Positions 40,829 through 51,316 of a DNA stretch of 64,000 nt are shown in pieces; position 1 is the stretch's first letter, and each line of letters begins with the position of its first letter. A program made the translations under genes and the position numbers. This DNA is from Dehalococcoidia bacterium (GTDB taxonomy: Bacteria > Chloroflexota > Dehalococcoidia > SM23-28-2 > RBG-16-64-32): the NCBI GenBank assembly GCA_963665775.2, contig CAXXTF010000002.1:1-64000 (forward strand). Reading direction: 5' to 3'. The notes under the pieces are model-generated. The model made no database searches. It saw only the letters and a program-made list of their open reading frames with translations, and was not told the DNA's origin.

Positions 40829-41025
40829 CCAGCGAGTGGCAGCCACTAGAGGGGCACTACTTTCCGTCCACCGGCCGACGCCTGCCGGTGAGCCCGGTGA
40901 GGGACGGCGGCACCCCCGACCGGGACGACCGGGGCCGCGCATACCTCGACCTGTTCGCCGGTATGGCGGTCAACAGCCTCGGCCACTGCCACCCGACGAT
41001 CGTGGACGAGTTGGTAATGCGATGA
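40825..41025 (+). pseudogene. argD: Degenerate N-terminal remnant of class III aminotransferase (ArgD-like)
   Basis: RLPV..VR..G...D..GRAYLDLFAGMAVNSLGHCHP then stop. Confidence 0.75.
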
Positions 41026-41141
41026 CGGAGCTGGGGCTAATCATACTCATCGGGCTGGTGCTGCTGCTGACCGATACGGACCGTCTGCGCTGGGCAAAGG
41101 AGCAGGTTGACAAGTTCACGGACTGGCTCAAACAGTCCTAG
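41022..41141 (+). CDS. 39-aa single-TM protein
   Basis: MTELGLIILIGLVLLLTDTDRLRWAKEQVDKFTDWLKQS; ATGA overlap with upstream stop; TM plus amphipathic helix. Confidence 0.4.
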   Translation: MTELGLIILIGLVLLLTDTDRLRWAKEQVDKFTDWLKQS

Positions 41142-41226
41142 TTATGCCTATATATCGAGGATAAGGGCCAGCAGCCCGGAAAGCGGGAGCCGATAGAGAG
41201 GTTTCGCGGATGAAGGTAGGCCCACC

Positions 41227-42081
41227 GTGATCAGGTGTATCATGTTTGACCTGGACGGTACCCTCGTGCAGTCCGAGAAGATGAAGGCCCTCTCCTACGC
41301 TATCGCCGTCCAGCGGCTGCGCGGCCTTGCGGAGCCCGACGCCAAGGCTATCGAGGCGTACCGGGAGATCGTGGGGGCATCCCGTGAGGTTGCCTCCCGC
41401 CACGTCATGGAAAGCCTGGGGCTGGAGGAGGAGCTCCGGCCTCTGCTGTCCCGGTACGCCGCTTCCGAGGCCTGGGAGGTGCTGACCGCCGTGCGCGTCG
41501 CGATCTACGACCAGATGGTGGCCGACCCCCAGGTGATCCGGGACAACCAGTGGCCGCACACGGTTGACCTGCTCCAGATGGCCAAGGAGTACTTCTGCTG
41601 CACCGCCCTGGCCACGATGTCCAGCCGAAAGGAGGCGCTCCACGTCCTGCGCTCCCTCGATCTTGAGCGCTCGCTGGATGTTATCGCCACCCGCGAGGAC
41701 GTTCAGCGGCCGAAGCCAGACCCGGAGATATATCTGCTGGCGGCCCGCAAGCTGGAGGTGCAGCCGGAGGAGTGTCTGGTGCTGGAGGACTCCCCTAACG
41801 GCGTGCGGGCAGGGGTCGCGGCCGGCATGAACGTCGTCGCCGTGGCTACGCCGTTCACCATCGCCGCTCTCCACTCCAATCAGGTCCTGGAGCACGCCTG
41901 GGTTGTCCACGACCCGGCCACCCTCCTGGACACGGTCCGCGGCCGGATCGAGGAGCACAACCGGAGCGCCCACGGAGGAGCGGAGGGAATGCAGGACGAG
42001 GGTGCGGCGCGACAGGTGCCGCCCAGTCCGGGCGGTCCGCAGATCGCCGGCCAGCCTCAGGAGAAAGCTGCCCGTGATTAG
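41227..42081 (+). CDS. HAD-family phosphatase
   Basis: MFDLDGTL, KPDPEIY, VLEDSPNGV. Confidence 0.92.
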   Translation: MIRCIMFDLDGTLVQSEKMKALSYAIAVQRLRGLAEPDAKAIEAYREIVGASREVASRHVMESLGLEEELRPLLSRYAASEAWEVLTAVRVAIYDQMVADPQVIRDNQWPHTVDLLQMAKEYFCCTALATMSSRKEALHVLRSLDLERSLDVIATREDVQRPKPDPEIYLLAARKLEVQPEECLVLEDSPNGVRAGVAAGMNVVAVATPFTIAALHSNQVLEHAWVVHDPATLLDTVRGRIEEHNRSAHGGAEGMQDEGAARQVPPSPGGPQIAGQPQEKAARD

Positions 42082-42175
42082 GCTCTTCTACCGCTGGCTG
42101 GCGCAGGGAGACCCCGCGGATATGCGTCGGTGAACGGACTACCCGCCTAGAACCGATGCCCTGTCGCGTCGTATG

Positions 42176-43450
42176 TTAGTCGATGCGGCGCAGACTGGGG
42201 ATCAGAATGGCAACAGTGGTGGCGGTGAGGATGCACAGGCCGCCGAAGACTATGAGGCCAACCTGAGGGCCGACCGCCGCTGCTAGGAAGCCGGCGATCA
42301 CTCCGCCCAGCGTCACAAAACCACGATCCAGGGCGACAATGCTCATAATCCGGCCGTGCATCTCCCTTGACGACGACTCCAGAAGGACGACGTTGTTGAG
42401 GGACATGTAGGAGGTCCCCATGAGCCCTACCACGGCGATCACGGCGTAGGAGAGCGGTATCAGGTTCAACCAAGATACCGTGGAGAAGAGGATGAGGGCA
42501 GCCCCGAACATCGTCACTCCCGCGATCAGAATATAACCTCGTCGCCGGATGCTGGTCATGCTGGCGATCGTCAAGGCCCCCACGAGGGCGCCGGCGCCGG
42601 TAGCCGTCATCAGAAAGGCCATGCCCGAAGCGCCCGTTTCAAATACGTCTCGGGCGAAGAGGGGAATGAAGATCGACGTGTAGGGCAAGCCGAACAGATA
42701 CATGGACGTGGCCAAAGAGATGGCTGCCAGGGCAACGTGGTTCTGCCGGGCGTAGCGCAACCCCTCGGTGAAGCTGGCCCACATGGACTCGCGGACACGG
42801 ACGATTTGGCGTTCGCTGGGCACCCGGATCATGAGCGTCATCAGGACGGTCCATGCGTAGAGGATGCCGTTTAGGAGGTAGACGTTCCCTAGGCCGATCA
42901 CTGCTATCAGTATCCCCGCTCCGGCGGTGCCGACGATACGCATCGTGTTCGTCACCACATTGCTGAGGGCGATGGCGTTAGTGAGATGCTCCTTGTCGAC
43001 AAGACTGGAGATGAGAGCCTGACGCGCTGGCTGGTTGAAGGCCATCGATGTCCCCGTGGTGAACGCCAGCGCGAAGACGTGCCATGGTTGGATTACGCCG
43101 GAGAATATCAGGACGGCGGTAGCGATGTGGGTTGAAGTGGTGACGGAGCGGCAGATGATCAGGATGCGGCGTCGGTCGTAGCGATCGGCTACAACCCCAG
43201 CCAGCAGCCCGAAAAGAAACAGGGGCACCATGCGTGCGGCCAGGACCAGCCCCAACGCTGCCGCCGATCCCGTAAGCTCCAGTATGAGCCACGGTCGTGC
43301 CACCTGCTCCATCCACGTGGATGTCGATGCGCCCAAGGAGCCCAGCCACAGGTAGCGATAGCCGGGAAAGCTAAGGGCACTGAAAGTTCTCACCCGCCAG
43401 GGTACCCCTCGCACAGTGGCAGGTACCCTATCTGTTGGCTCTTGCGACAA
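42176..43450 (-). CDS. MFS transporter (MFS_3/EntS-like)
   Basis: YRYLWLG, GVVADRYDRR, AFNQPARQALI, MHGRIMS; start reset to TTG 43450 after GAGG. Confidence 0.88.
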   Translation of the reverse strand: MSQEPTDRVPATVRGVPWRVRTFSALSFPGYRYLWLGSLGASTSTWMEQVARPWLILELTGSAAALGLVLAARMVPLFLFGLLAGVVADRYDRRRILIICRSVTTSTHIATAVLIFSGVIQPWHVFALAFTTGTSMAFNQPARQALISSLVDKEHLTNAIALSNVVTNTMRIVGTAGAGILIAVIGLGNVYLLNGILYAWTVLMTLMIRVPSERQIVRVRESMWASFTEGLRYARQNHVALAAISLATSMYLFGLPYTSIFIPLFARDVFETGASGMAFLMTATGAGALVGALTIASMTSIRRRGYILIAGVTMFGAALILFSTVSWLNLIPLSYAVIAVVGLMGTSYMSLNNVVLLESSSREMHGRIMSIVALDRGFVTLGGVIAGFLAAAVGPQVGLIVFGGLCILTATTVAILIPSLRRID

Positions 43451-43481
43451 GCTCTGACCTCTATCGTCGCGTTCAGGCTGA

Positions 43482-44234
43482 CTAGAACGACGTGGTCGTG
43501 GACCTAGATGGATCGGGCATGTGGGTGCGCAAGAAAGACCGCACTCGGCCCACAGTTTCTCCAACAACGTCCGGTGTATTCCACTTGTAGATCAGCCCCG
43601 CACTTATAGCGAGTGCGGAGATCTCCTCGGCGACTTGCGTTGGGTGGAAGTTGTCATCGCCGGCGAGAATGAGGAGGGGCGTGGCACAGGACCGGACGAA
43701 GTCTCGGGAGACGCTGAAGACGAACTGGCCGCCAAACATGCGCTCCTCGAACGCCTCCAGCCGCTTCCGGTCTATGTCTGACCTGGCCGCCATCAGCTCT
43801 CTGGCCCAATCGTTGAACATGTTGCGGAAGTCGTCCCGGTTGTTTTCATTAAGCCCGATTGGGTTCTGCAGCACTGCAGAGCTGATGCGGTCCGGCGCCG
43901 CTTGAATCAATGCCAAGCAATACGACGAACCTATGCAGCCTCCCATCACGTGACAGCTGGCGATGCCGAGATGGTCCAACAGCGCTAGGTGGTCCTCCGT
44001 GTAGGTGGCCCAATCATCATTTATTCCTATCGCCGCTGTGGAATGGCCGGCGTTACGCTGGTCCATCGCGATGACGCGGAAATCCTGGGCCAACTCCTTC
44101 GTCGGGTCGAATGGGCTCTGATGCCAGTACGAGATGGCCGAACGCATTCCGCCCGGTGCGAAGAGCAGAACCGGGTACCCCGTGCCGAACTCCTCGTAAT
44201 AGAGCGCTACTCCCGCACGCTCGAAATGCGGCAT
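43482..44234 (-). CDS. Alpha/beta hydrolase (G-G-C-I-G nucleophile elbow)
   Basis: LLFAPGG, MDQRNAGHS, MGGCIG, DDNFHP; start after GAGGAGG. Confidence 0.88.
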   Translation of the reverse strand: MPHFERAGVALYYEEFGTGYPVLLFAPGGMRSAISYWHQSPFDPTKELAQDFRVIAMDQRNAGHSTAAIGINDDWATYTEDHLALLDHLGIASCHVMGGCIGSSYCLALIQAAPDRISSAVLQNPIGLNENNRDDFRNMFNDWARELMAARSDIDRKRLEAFEERMFGGQFVFSVSRDFVRSCATPLLILAGDDNFHPTQVAEEISALAISAGLIYKWNTPDVVGETVGRVRSFLRTHMPDPSRSTTTSF

Positions 44235-44388
44235 GCCCTCCTCCTCGCTCACGACGCTCGGTCTCGGTCGTGACTACCGGCTCCACTCCTTGAGTTATAA
44301 GTGATTTACTTTCGAGGATATAATGCGCCGTTTCCTTTGCCGGTGAAGATAGTATATCTTCCTTCCGCCCGTTGCTGTTTATGACCAC

Positions 44389-44730
44389 CGTGGGCCGCCA
44401 AGACTACAGAGCTGGGCGGTCCGTTTGCCTTCGGGGGACTCCTGTATACCACTGGCCCGGCGGACGTAAATTCAGCGACTTCTTGGCAACCTCGTAAATT
44501 TCCTCAGGGCGTTTGGGCCGTGAAGAAGTCAGCTGCCCAGATGTGCGGAGCGGGCGTTATTCTCCAATACCAAGTCACGCCGAATGCGCACGGCATTGCC
44601 CAATGCGGAGTAGAAGAGAAGGAGATAGGCAATCAAGGTACAGCCTCCCTTCGGAATGGGTACCCTCAGACTGCCTCGAACGGTATCTGCTGGTCAACCA
44701 GCAGATACGGATGAGTTTTGAACCCCCACA
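44389..44730 (-). mobile_element. Deleted remnant of an rve/integrase-core (IS481-like) element
   Basis: End TGTGGGGGTTCAAAACTCATCCGTATCTG (rc 44702-44730), then SD plus MIAYLLLFYSALGNAVRIRRDLVLEN from 44636; facing end-like CGTGGGCCGCCAAGACTACA at 44389. Confidence 0.5.
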
Positions 44731-44854
44731 GGTCGAGAAGAATGATTGTACCTGAGAGCATCGGGCCGTGAATACTGGATGCTGTAAACACACTCAGTAT
44801 AATCACTGTACGGACCTTCTAGATGCTGGCTATCATGCTTTGAAGGAGGCTGCC

Positions 44855-45250
44855 ATGCAGGCGAGCAAAAGCCCTATCAGGTCGCTTCTCCTGGGACTCG
44901 TTTTCTTCCTCGTCACCTGGGGGGGTGCCGCCGCTATCGCTCTGGCGGTCGTTGAGAGCCGGGACGACGGCGCAGACCTCACAGCGCTTGAGGCACGGGT
45001 CGTTGAAGCTGAAGCGAAGCTGGCCCAGATCGACCCGGGCGACATCGACAATCTGACCTCGCGTGTGAATGACGTAGCGGCCGCGCTGGTCCAGATCATT
45101 TCGTTCTGGGCCACTGTGCAGGTCTCCGATCTGGTTGGTGAAGAGGTCGGAACCGACGATCCTCAGGTGCTTGACTGCCAGGCGTACATATTAGGGTTTC
45201 TCGATTCGGACATTGGTGCGGCCGCCTGTGGCTTCGCCGTCACTAACTAG
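44855..45250 (+). CDS. Hypothetical exported/membrane protein with coiled coil
   Basis: SD AGGAGG; N-terminal TM, LEARVVEAEAKL heptads, two Cys. Confidence 0.6.
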   Translation: MQASKSPIRSLLLGLVFFLVTWGGAAAIALAVVESRDDGADLTALEARVVEAEAKLAQIDPGDIDNLTSRVNDVAAALVQIISFWATVQVSDLVGEEVGTDDPQVLDCQAYILGFLDSDIGAAACGFAVTN

Positions 45251-45307
45251 AAGCACCTGCCCGTTCTGCGGCTGACATTTTGCCACCCCCAAATCGATTT
45301 ATGGAGG

Positions 45308-46609
45308 TTATGGCAGGTGATCAATCACGCCGCCCCCTGCGGACGGCCGATACGTGGCGACCTTCTTCCACTCGTAGGAACCGCTCTCCGTGCGGCGCAC
45401 CGCCCAGAACTCAAAGAGGCCGATCTTCCGGTCGCCTGCCTCGTTCAGCTCGGTTGATCCCGTGATGGAGTCGTTCGACTTGGCGGCCTCTACGAATTTC
45501 TGTTTGTAGCGCTCGAGGTCGGCCATGCCCCCCGCTTCAAGATAGGCCGTGACCGCGATGGTGAGCACGTCGTAGGTCGAGAGTGCGAAGGCGTCGGGAT
45601 CGTAGCCTACGGCCGATTTTACCAGGTCAAAGAGCGGTTGCCACTGGCTGTGCTCGTCCGGGTCGAGTCCGAAGATGGGGTTTGGGTAGCCTACGTCCAC
45701 CGCGAACTGCGCTGATTCGCGGTTAGGCACCGCGATTAGGCTCGTGTTCAACGCCATGCCGTCGCTCCCGTACCAGTCGATCCCTCTCAGCACGTCGTTG
45801 GTCGCCGCCTCACTAAAGAGCTGCACTGCCTCATCGAACGCCGCCAGGTAGACGGCGGTTGAAGGGTCGGTGTAGTCAACGAGGCTGGTTTGGATTTGCG
45901 CCGCGACTCCGTCCATCTGGGTGGCGGTCGTTTCGTATTGCAGGCTCGTCAACACCGTGCCGCCGCGCTCCTCGAACTTCTGGGTTACCGAGCTGCATAG
46001 CCCGAGGTTGCCGGCGTCCTTCCGGCAGACCGGCAGGATCGTGCGCACGCCGTCCTCCCACATCAGCATGACCACCGCTTCCCCCTCCAGCCGGTCGTCG
46101 GGCGTGAAGCGGAAGACGTTATCGCCCGCCGTGGCGAGAGAAGAGGCCGTGCTGCCTTGGCTAATGACGATGATGCCGTTAGCATCGGCGTACTCCTTGA
46201 TCTTCGACACTTCAGCGCTGGACTGCGGGCCGACGACGATCCGCACCCCTCTTGCCTTCAGCGACTGGAGTTTAGAGAGCGCGGTATCTGGGTTGAGGCC
46301 CGTATCCTCCACTATAAGCTGCACCCTCTCCGTCCTGCCCTGAGAGGCCAAGCTGTCGTTGGTGTCCTGTACCGCAGTCTCCAGGGTCGCCTGGCTGGCG
46401 CGGCCAAGCGTCTGCCAGGAGCGGCTGAGGTCGAGCAGCGCCCCGACCAGGATCTGGTTCGGGCCGGCCGGGCGCTCATTGCTACTCCCGCACCCGACGA
46501 GAATCATACCTAGGCCGCACGCGGCTATGATGATGAGCGTAGCGAGCGCATTCCGCGTACTCCTTGCCGCTGACTCAGCGGGCCGCCGCGGGTCCTGGTA
46601 TGCGATCAT
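45308..46609 (-). CDS. Branched-chain amino acid-type ABC substrate-binding lipoprotein
   Basis: LVG-C lipobox, GALLDLS, VGPQSSAE, STA.SL...DNVFRFTPDD, WYGSDG. Confidence 0.88.
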   Translation of the reverse strand: MIAYQDPRRPAESAARSTRNALATLIIIAACGLGMILVGCGSSNERPAGPNQILVGALLDLSRSWQTLGRASQATLETAVQDTNDSLASQGRTERVQLIVEDTGLNPDTALSKLQSLKARGVRIVVGPQSSAEVSKIKEYADANGIIVISQGSTASSLATAGDNVFRFTPDDRLEGEAVVMLMWEDGVRTILPVCRKDAGNLGLCSSVTQKFEERGGTVLTSLQYETTATQMDGVAAQIQTSLVDYTDPSTAVYLAAFDEAVQLFSEAATNDVLRGIDWYGSDGMALNTSLIAVPNRESAQFAVDVGYPNPIFGLDPDEHSQWQPLFDLVKSAVGYDPDAFALSTYDVLTIAVTAYLEAGGMADLERYKQKFVEAAKSNDSITGSTELNEAGDRKIGLFEFWAVRRTESGSYEWKKVATYRPSAGGGVIDHLP

Positions 46610-46751
46610 CGATATCCTACCTCCTACAGAATTCTGGCCACCGAGCCCCCAGCCCAAAACCATCGGGAAAGTCCCTAATGGCATCCTCCGGAGCCCAATA
46701 CTGCCGGAGAGAGCCACCACATTTCGCTATGCCCCCGACCGTTCCTGCTAA

Positions 46752-47390
46752 CTACCCCCTAGCAGCGACCACAATCACCTTCACAGCTTCCGGCACGGTC
46801 AATCGGTCCGTATTCACTACCAGATCGTAATGGGTCGGCAGCTCTTGTCGAAGGTTGTACATGCGGCGAAAGTAGTTCTGGCGTTCGCGGTCTGAGTCTT
46901 GGATGGCTTTCTTAGCCTGTCGCTCATCGACATCAGCTATCCCCGTGAGGCGCTCAGCCCTTACCTCGGGTGAGGCTGTAACAAGAGCACGCAGGAGGCC
47001 ACTCATGTTGGCTAGGGCGACGCTTGTGCCATGGGCGAGCAAGACCACCTGGCCCGCCTCCGCCACTTCGCGGATCACTCGTTGGATTAGGCTCTGGTAA
47101 AGGTCCCGCGATTGAGACTGGGTAAATGCGGGAGTCGCCATTAATGAGGCAGCGCCGACGGTAGGCGCGAATTCCCCGCTGGCCGCCATTCCTTCAAGGA
47201 TGCGATCGATCAGTGATTGCGAGTGCTCGACTTGGTCGACGGTCTCGGGAGAGACACCCGCATACGCGGATGCTTTCGTGACGATTTCGTCGTCCACATA
47301 GCCAAAGCCCAACTCCTTGGCAACCAGCTGCCCGATCTCCTCGCCACCGGCAGCGAGACTCCTCGATATGCTGACAACCTTAGATTCCAT
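46752..47390 (-). CDS. Cytidylate kinase-like family protein
   Basis: VSISRSLAAGGEEIG..VAKELG, SDRERQNYF, YDLVVNTD; true start MESKVV, IS1380 inserted 15 bp upstream. Confidence 0.88.
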   Translation of the reverse strand: MESKVVSISRSLAAGGEEIGQLVAKELGFGYVDDEIVTKASAYAGVSPETVDQVEHSQSLIDRILEGMAASGEFAPTVGAASLMATPAFTQSQSRDLYQSLIQRVIREVAEAGQVVLLAHGTSVALANMSGLLRALVTASPEVRAERLTGIADVDERQAKKAIQDSDRERQNYFRRMYNLRQELPTHYDLVVNTDRLTVPEAVKVIVVAARG

Positions 47391-47405
47391 CCTATTCCTC
47401 TTTAC

Positions 47406-49109
47406 CCCGAATCCACCGAAGGACGGCCTTGGGGACAGTCCTTGAAGAAGCCATCGGGTGCTCCTCTGAATCTGGGATAATGGTTTTGGAACAGAAACCA
47501 GCCCGGAAACAAGGAGCACCCAATAGATGCTGCCACAGAACAAACCCGACCGTATCCGCATCCTCTTTGACGACCATCGCCTGGTGGCCAATGCCGGCCT
47601 GCTCCTGCCAGCCACCCTAGCCCGGCACCTGGGCCTGCGGGAACTCGTCGACCATCACCTTGACCTCGGCGGAGCGCCGGGACGGGCGAACACTGGGGAC
47701 AAGATGCTGACGCTGGTCGCTTCCGCGCTGGCAGGCGGCGACTGCATCGACGACGCCGATGCGCTGCGCGCTGGTGGGACGGTCGGTGTTCTAGGCTGCG
47801 TGGTCAAGGCGCCATCCACCCTGGGGACCTTCCTGCGCAGCTTCCGGTGGGGGCATGTCCGTCAACTCGACCGCGTGAGCCGCCAGTTGTTGGCCCGGGC
47901 CTGGGCCGCTGGGGCCGGACCCGGCGACTCGCCCCTGACCATCGACCTGGACTCGACCATCTGCGAGACCTATGGACTGGCCAAGGAGGGAGCGCGCCAC
48001 CACGGCTATACCGGCGCCCGCGGCTATCACCCGCTGCTGGCCATTGCCGCCGGCACCGGCGAGGTGCTGATGTCCCGGCTGCGCGAGGGCCGGGCCAACA
48101 CCGCCCGTGGCGCCGCCCACTTCCTGCGTGAGACGGTGGGGCGGGTGCGCTACGGCGGGGCCAGGGGACAACTCACGGTGCGGGCCGACAGCGGCTTCTA
48201 CGCCCACACTGTCGTTGCCGCCTGCCGGGAAATGGATGTCCGCTTCTCTATCACCATCCGCCAGCGCGCCAGCCTGCGGGACCTGATCGAGGCGATACCA
48301 GAGGAGGACTGGACTCCCATTCCCTACTGGATGGACGGCGCCGCCGATGTCGCCGAGACGACTTACACCCCGTTCCAGACCAAGCCGGACGCCGCGCCGG
48401 TGCGGCTCATTGTCCGGCGGGTGAAGCCGACGCCCGGTTCCCAGCTCGCCCTCTTCGCCAGATACAGCTATCACGCCTTCATCACCGACCGCGATGGGGA
48501 GACGCTGGAACTGGAGGCCGATCATCGCCGCCACGCCGAGGTCGAGAACGCCATACGCGACCTCAAGTACGGCGTCGGGCTGAACCACATGCCGTCGGGG
48601 CGCTTCGCCGCCAACGGCGCCTGGCTGGCGGTCCAGGTGATGGCGCATAACCTGGCCCGCTGGACAGCCCGCATCGGCCTGGGTCAGCAGATCGTGACCA
48701 CCAAGACCCTCAGGCGGCGGGTCTTCGCTCTGGTGGGACGGATCACCCGCTCGGCGCGCCGCCTCACTTTGCATCTCCCCCGGCGCTGGCCTTGGGAAAC
48801 CCAGTTCAGTCGCGCCTTGGCCCGGCTGCAAGCCATTCCATTCCCGGCCTGACGGCCAGCCTGCAACTGACCCAACGTCCCCGCAATCTCGCGCCACCCC
48901 GGTCGCGAGAGTCCCCTGCTGCGTATCCTCTCGCCATCCCGCGCATCGCAACTCCCGCATAGGGCCTTAGGGGCCCTGTGCGGCGACTGAAGACCGTCCG
49001 CCGGCCTCCCATCTACCCCAAGACCCCAGGCCATCTCCCCTGTAGCTCCCTCACCCACCCCCTTCCGCTGTCCTCACGCCGTCCATCCGTGTCCTTCGGT
49101 GGATTCGGG
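47406..49109 (+). mobile_element. IS1380-family insertion sequence, full length
   Basis: Perfect 19-bp terminal IRs CCCGAATCCACCGAAGGAC around one transposase ORF. Confidence 0.95.
47527..48852 (+). CDS. IS1380-family DDE transposase
   Basis: APSTLGTFLR, IDLDST, GYHPL, LREGRAN, RADSGFY, HRRHAEVENAIRDLK. Confidence 0.95.
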   Translation: MLPQNKPDRIRILFDDHRLVANAGLLLPATLARHLGLRELVDHHLDLGGAPGRANTGDKMLTLVASALAGGDCIDDADALRAGGTVGVLGCVVKAPSTLGTFLRSFRWGHVRQLDRVSRQLLARAWAAGAGPGDSPLTIDLDSTICETYGLAKEGARHHGYTGARGYHPLLAIAAGTGEVLMSRLREGRANTARGAAHFLRETVGRVRYGGARGQLTVRADSGFYAHTVVAACREMDVRFSITIRQRASLRDLIEAIPEEDWTPIPYWMDGAADVAETTYTPFQTKPDAAPVRLIVRRVKPTPGSQLALFARYSYHAFITDRDGETLELEADHRRHAEVENAIRDLKYGVGLNHMPSGRFAANGAWLAVQVMAHNLARWTARIGLGQQIVTTKTLRRRVFALVGRITRSARRLTLHLPRRWPWETQFSRALARLQAIPFPA

Positions 49110-49127
49110 CTTAGCTTTAAGGTGGAC

Positions 49128-49883
49128 CTACGGTTCAACCCGCAAGTGGAAAACGAACCTTTTCTCCGTGACCTGTAAGATGACGACACTCTTCACAGGG
49201 TCGCCGGTGTCTCTATATTCAAACGTTCCTGTCACCCCGGCGTAGAGCTGGATAGCCGCCAGACCATCACGAACCGCGTCTGGATCAACTTTACCTTGGC
49301 TCCTAACAGCCTCGAATAGAAGCCCAAACGCGTCATACGTGAGGGCCGCAATGTCATTAGGGTCTCGGCCGTAGGATTCGCGATATTTGGCGACAAACGC
49401 CTGGGACTTCTCGTCAAGTGTATCCGCGGCATAGAGCGCGCTGAAGAATGACCCCTCCACGAGGGTACGATCGGCACTTTCTATGGTGGCCCATGAATCA
49501 CTACCGATGATATGGGCTTTGATACCTATCTCTTGTGCCTGGCGCACCTGCCTGGGCACCTCATAAAAATAATTAGGGAGGAACAGCACCTCGGCTCCAC
49601 TCTCTTTGATTACTGACAGCTGTTCCGCCACGTCTGGTGCGTCAGTGGTGTAAGACTCGAAGGCGACCACTTCCCCACCAAGCTCCTCGAAAGACGACTT
49701 GAAGAACTCAGCCAGGTCCCGGTTATAGTCACTGGCTATGTCAAACAGTACAGCAGCTGTTTGAGCGCCTAGTTCTTCCTGGGCGAAGCGGGCCATGACT
49801 CTTCCCTGGAAGGAGTCAGTGAAGGAAGCCCGGAAGACCCATTTCTTGTTTAACGTAGTGTTGGGATTTGTCGACGCTGGGCT
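49128..49883 (-). pseudogene. LivK/LivJ-type substrate-binding protein, 5' part removed by IS3
   Basis: Similarity begins at SPASTNP..VFRASFTDSFQG exactly at the IS3 boundary. Confidence 0.85.
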
Positions 49884-51156
49884 TGACCTTGCCCCCGAAA
49901 ACGAGTCCAGGCCCAATGTTAGTAATCAGGGGTTCTGGACCAGAGAAAGGGGGTAGAAGGATTGGGCAGGCAGCATCACACGGCAGAGGAGATCATCAAC
50001 AAGTTGAGGGAGGCGGAGGTCGGGCTGGCTAAGGGCCTGGCTGTGCCCGAGGTCTGCAGGAAGCTGGGCGTGGCAGAGCAGACCTACTACCGCTGGCGGA
50101 AGGAGTAGGGCGGCCTGAGGAGGGAGCAGGCCAAGCGGCTGCGGGAGCTGGAGCAGGAGAACCTGCGGCTGAAGAAGCTGGTAGCCGATCTCTCCCTGGA
50201 CAACGCCATCCTGAAGGAGGCGGCGCAGGGAAACTTCTGAGCCCGGCCAAGAGATGACAGGCGGTGGCCTGGGTGCGGAATGCGTTGGGCCACGCGGTCA
50301 TCTCGGGGCGCCGGGCCTGCCAGGCCCTGGGGCAGGAGCGATCGACGCAGCGGCGGTGGGGTTCTCCTCCCGACGATGAAGGGAGGCTGCTGAGGCGGAT
50401 GGTGGAGCTAGCGACCGAGTACGGGCGCTACGGTTACCGACGGGTGACCGCCCTGCTGCGAGAGGAGGGTTTTCGGGTGAACCACAAGCGGGTAGAGCGG
50501 CTCTGGCGGCGGGAAGGCCTGAAGGTGCCGGCGAAGCAGCCGAAGCGGAGGCGGCTATGGCTGACAGACGGCTCCTGCGTTAGGCTCAGGCCGACTGAGC
50601 CCAACCACGTCTGGAGCTACGACTTCGTGTTTACCCGCACCAGCGACGGCCGTCCCCTGCGGCTCTTGACGGTGCTGGACGAGTTCACAGGGGAGTGCCT
50701 GGCTATCCAGGTGGCGAGGCAGATCACCAGTGATGACGTGCTGGCACGCCTGGCCCAGCTCTTCGTCGAGCGCGGGACGCCTCGCTACCTGCGCTCGGAC
50801 AACGGGCCAGAGTTCACGGCACGTGCGCTCCGGACCTGGCTAGAGCGGGTAGGCGTGCAGACTCTGTATATCGAGCCCGGGAGCCCCTGGGAGAACGGCT
50901 ACATCGAGTCGTTCAATGGGAAGCTACGTGATGAACTATTGAATGGGGAGGTGTTCGACACGGTGCTGGAAGCACAGGTCCTCTGCGAGCGGTGGTGACG
51001 GAACTACAACGAGGTGCGCCCGCATAGCGCTCTCGGCTACCGGCCGCCAGCACCGCAAGCGATCGTGCCATGGCCGGGCTCCACCGCGCCATCCCTGGAG
51101 ACTACGGCGATGGCCACACTAACATAGCCTATGGTAGCGTTTAGGGGGGCAGGTCA
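49884..51156 (+). mobile_element. IS3-family element (IS407-like), copy 1, defective
   Basis: TGACC...GGTCA imperfect IRs, 1273 bp; orfA 49962-50240 with TAG at 50106; GGGAAAC slippery site 50228-50234; orfB (WSYDF, SDNGPEF, ENGYIESFNG) with TGA at 50996 before YNEVRPHSALGY. Confidence 0.95.
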
Positions 51157-51157
51157 A

Positions 51158-51208
51158 ATGCAGGAGTTGGTGATCTGGTCCGTGCGGAACGGACTGCTGG
51201 GTGACTAG
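51158..51208 (+). pseudogene. C-terminal remnant of a NarL/LuxR-type regulator
   Basis: MQELVIWSVRNGLLGD* begins directly at the IS3 right end. Confidence 0.5.
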
Positions 51209-51316
51209 CGGCACGGACCGCTTTCAAACAGAATCGTCTCCCCGCGCTCTGCCAGGTCTGGACGTCGGATCGGGCGCTTGGAGCCGTGAGCCGACAGGCT
51301 ACATGGAGGTATTTCT

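Noticed and set aside
11103-44713. CATCCGTATCTG as a DNA-uptake sequence
   Set aside because: Too sparse, almost absent from coding regions, and embedded in a longer TGT-ended motif.
46752-47615. N-terminal extension of the cytidylate-kinase-like ORF
   Set aside because: The extension runs through IS1380 sequence; the true start is at 47390.
47791-48960. 389-aa minus-strand ORF and other long antisense ORFs (e.g. 7192-8064, 41128-41973)
   Set aside because: Shadow frames of GC-rich genes, with no motifs or SD.
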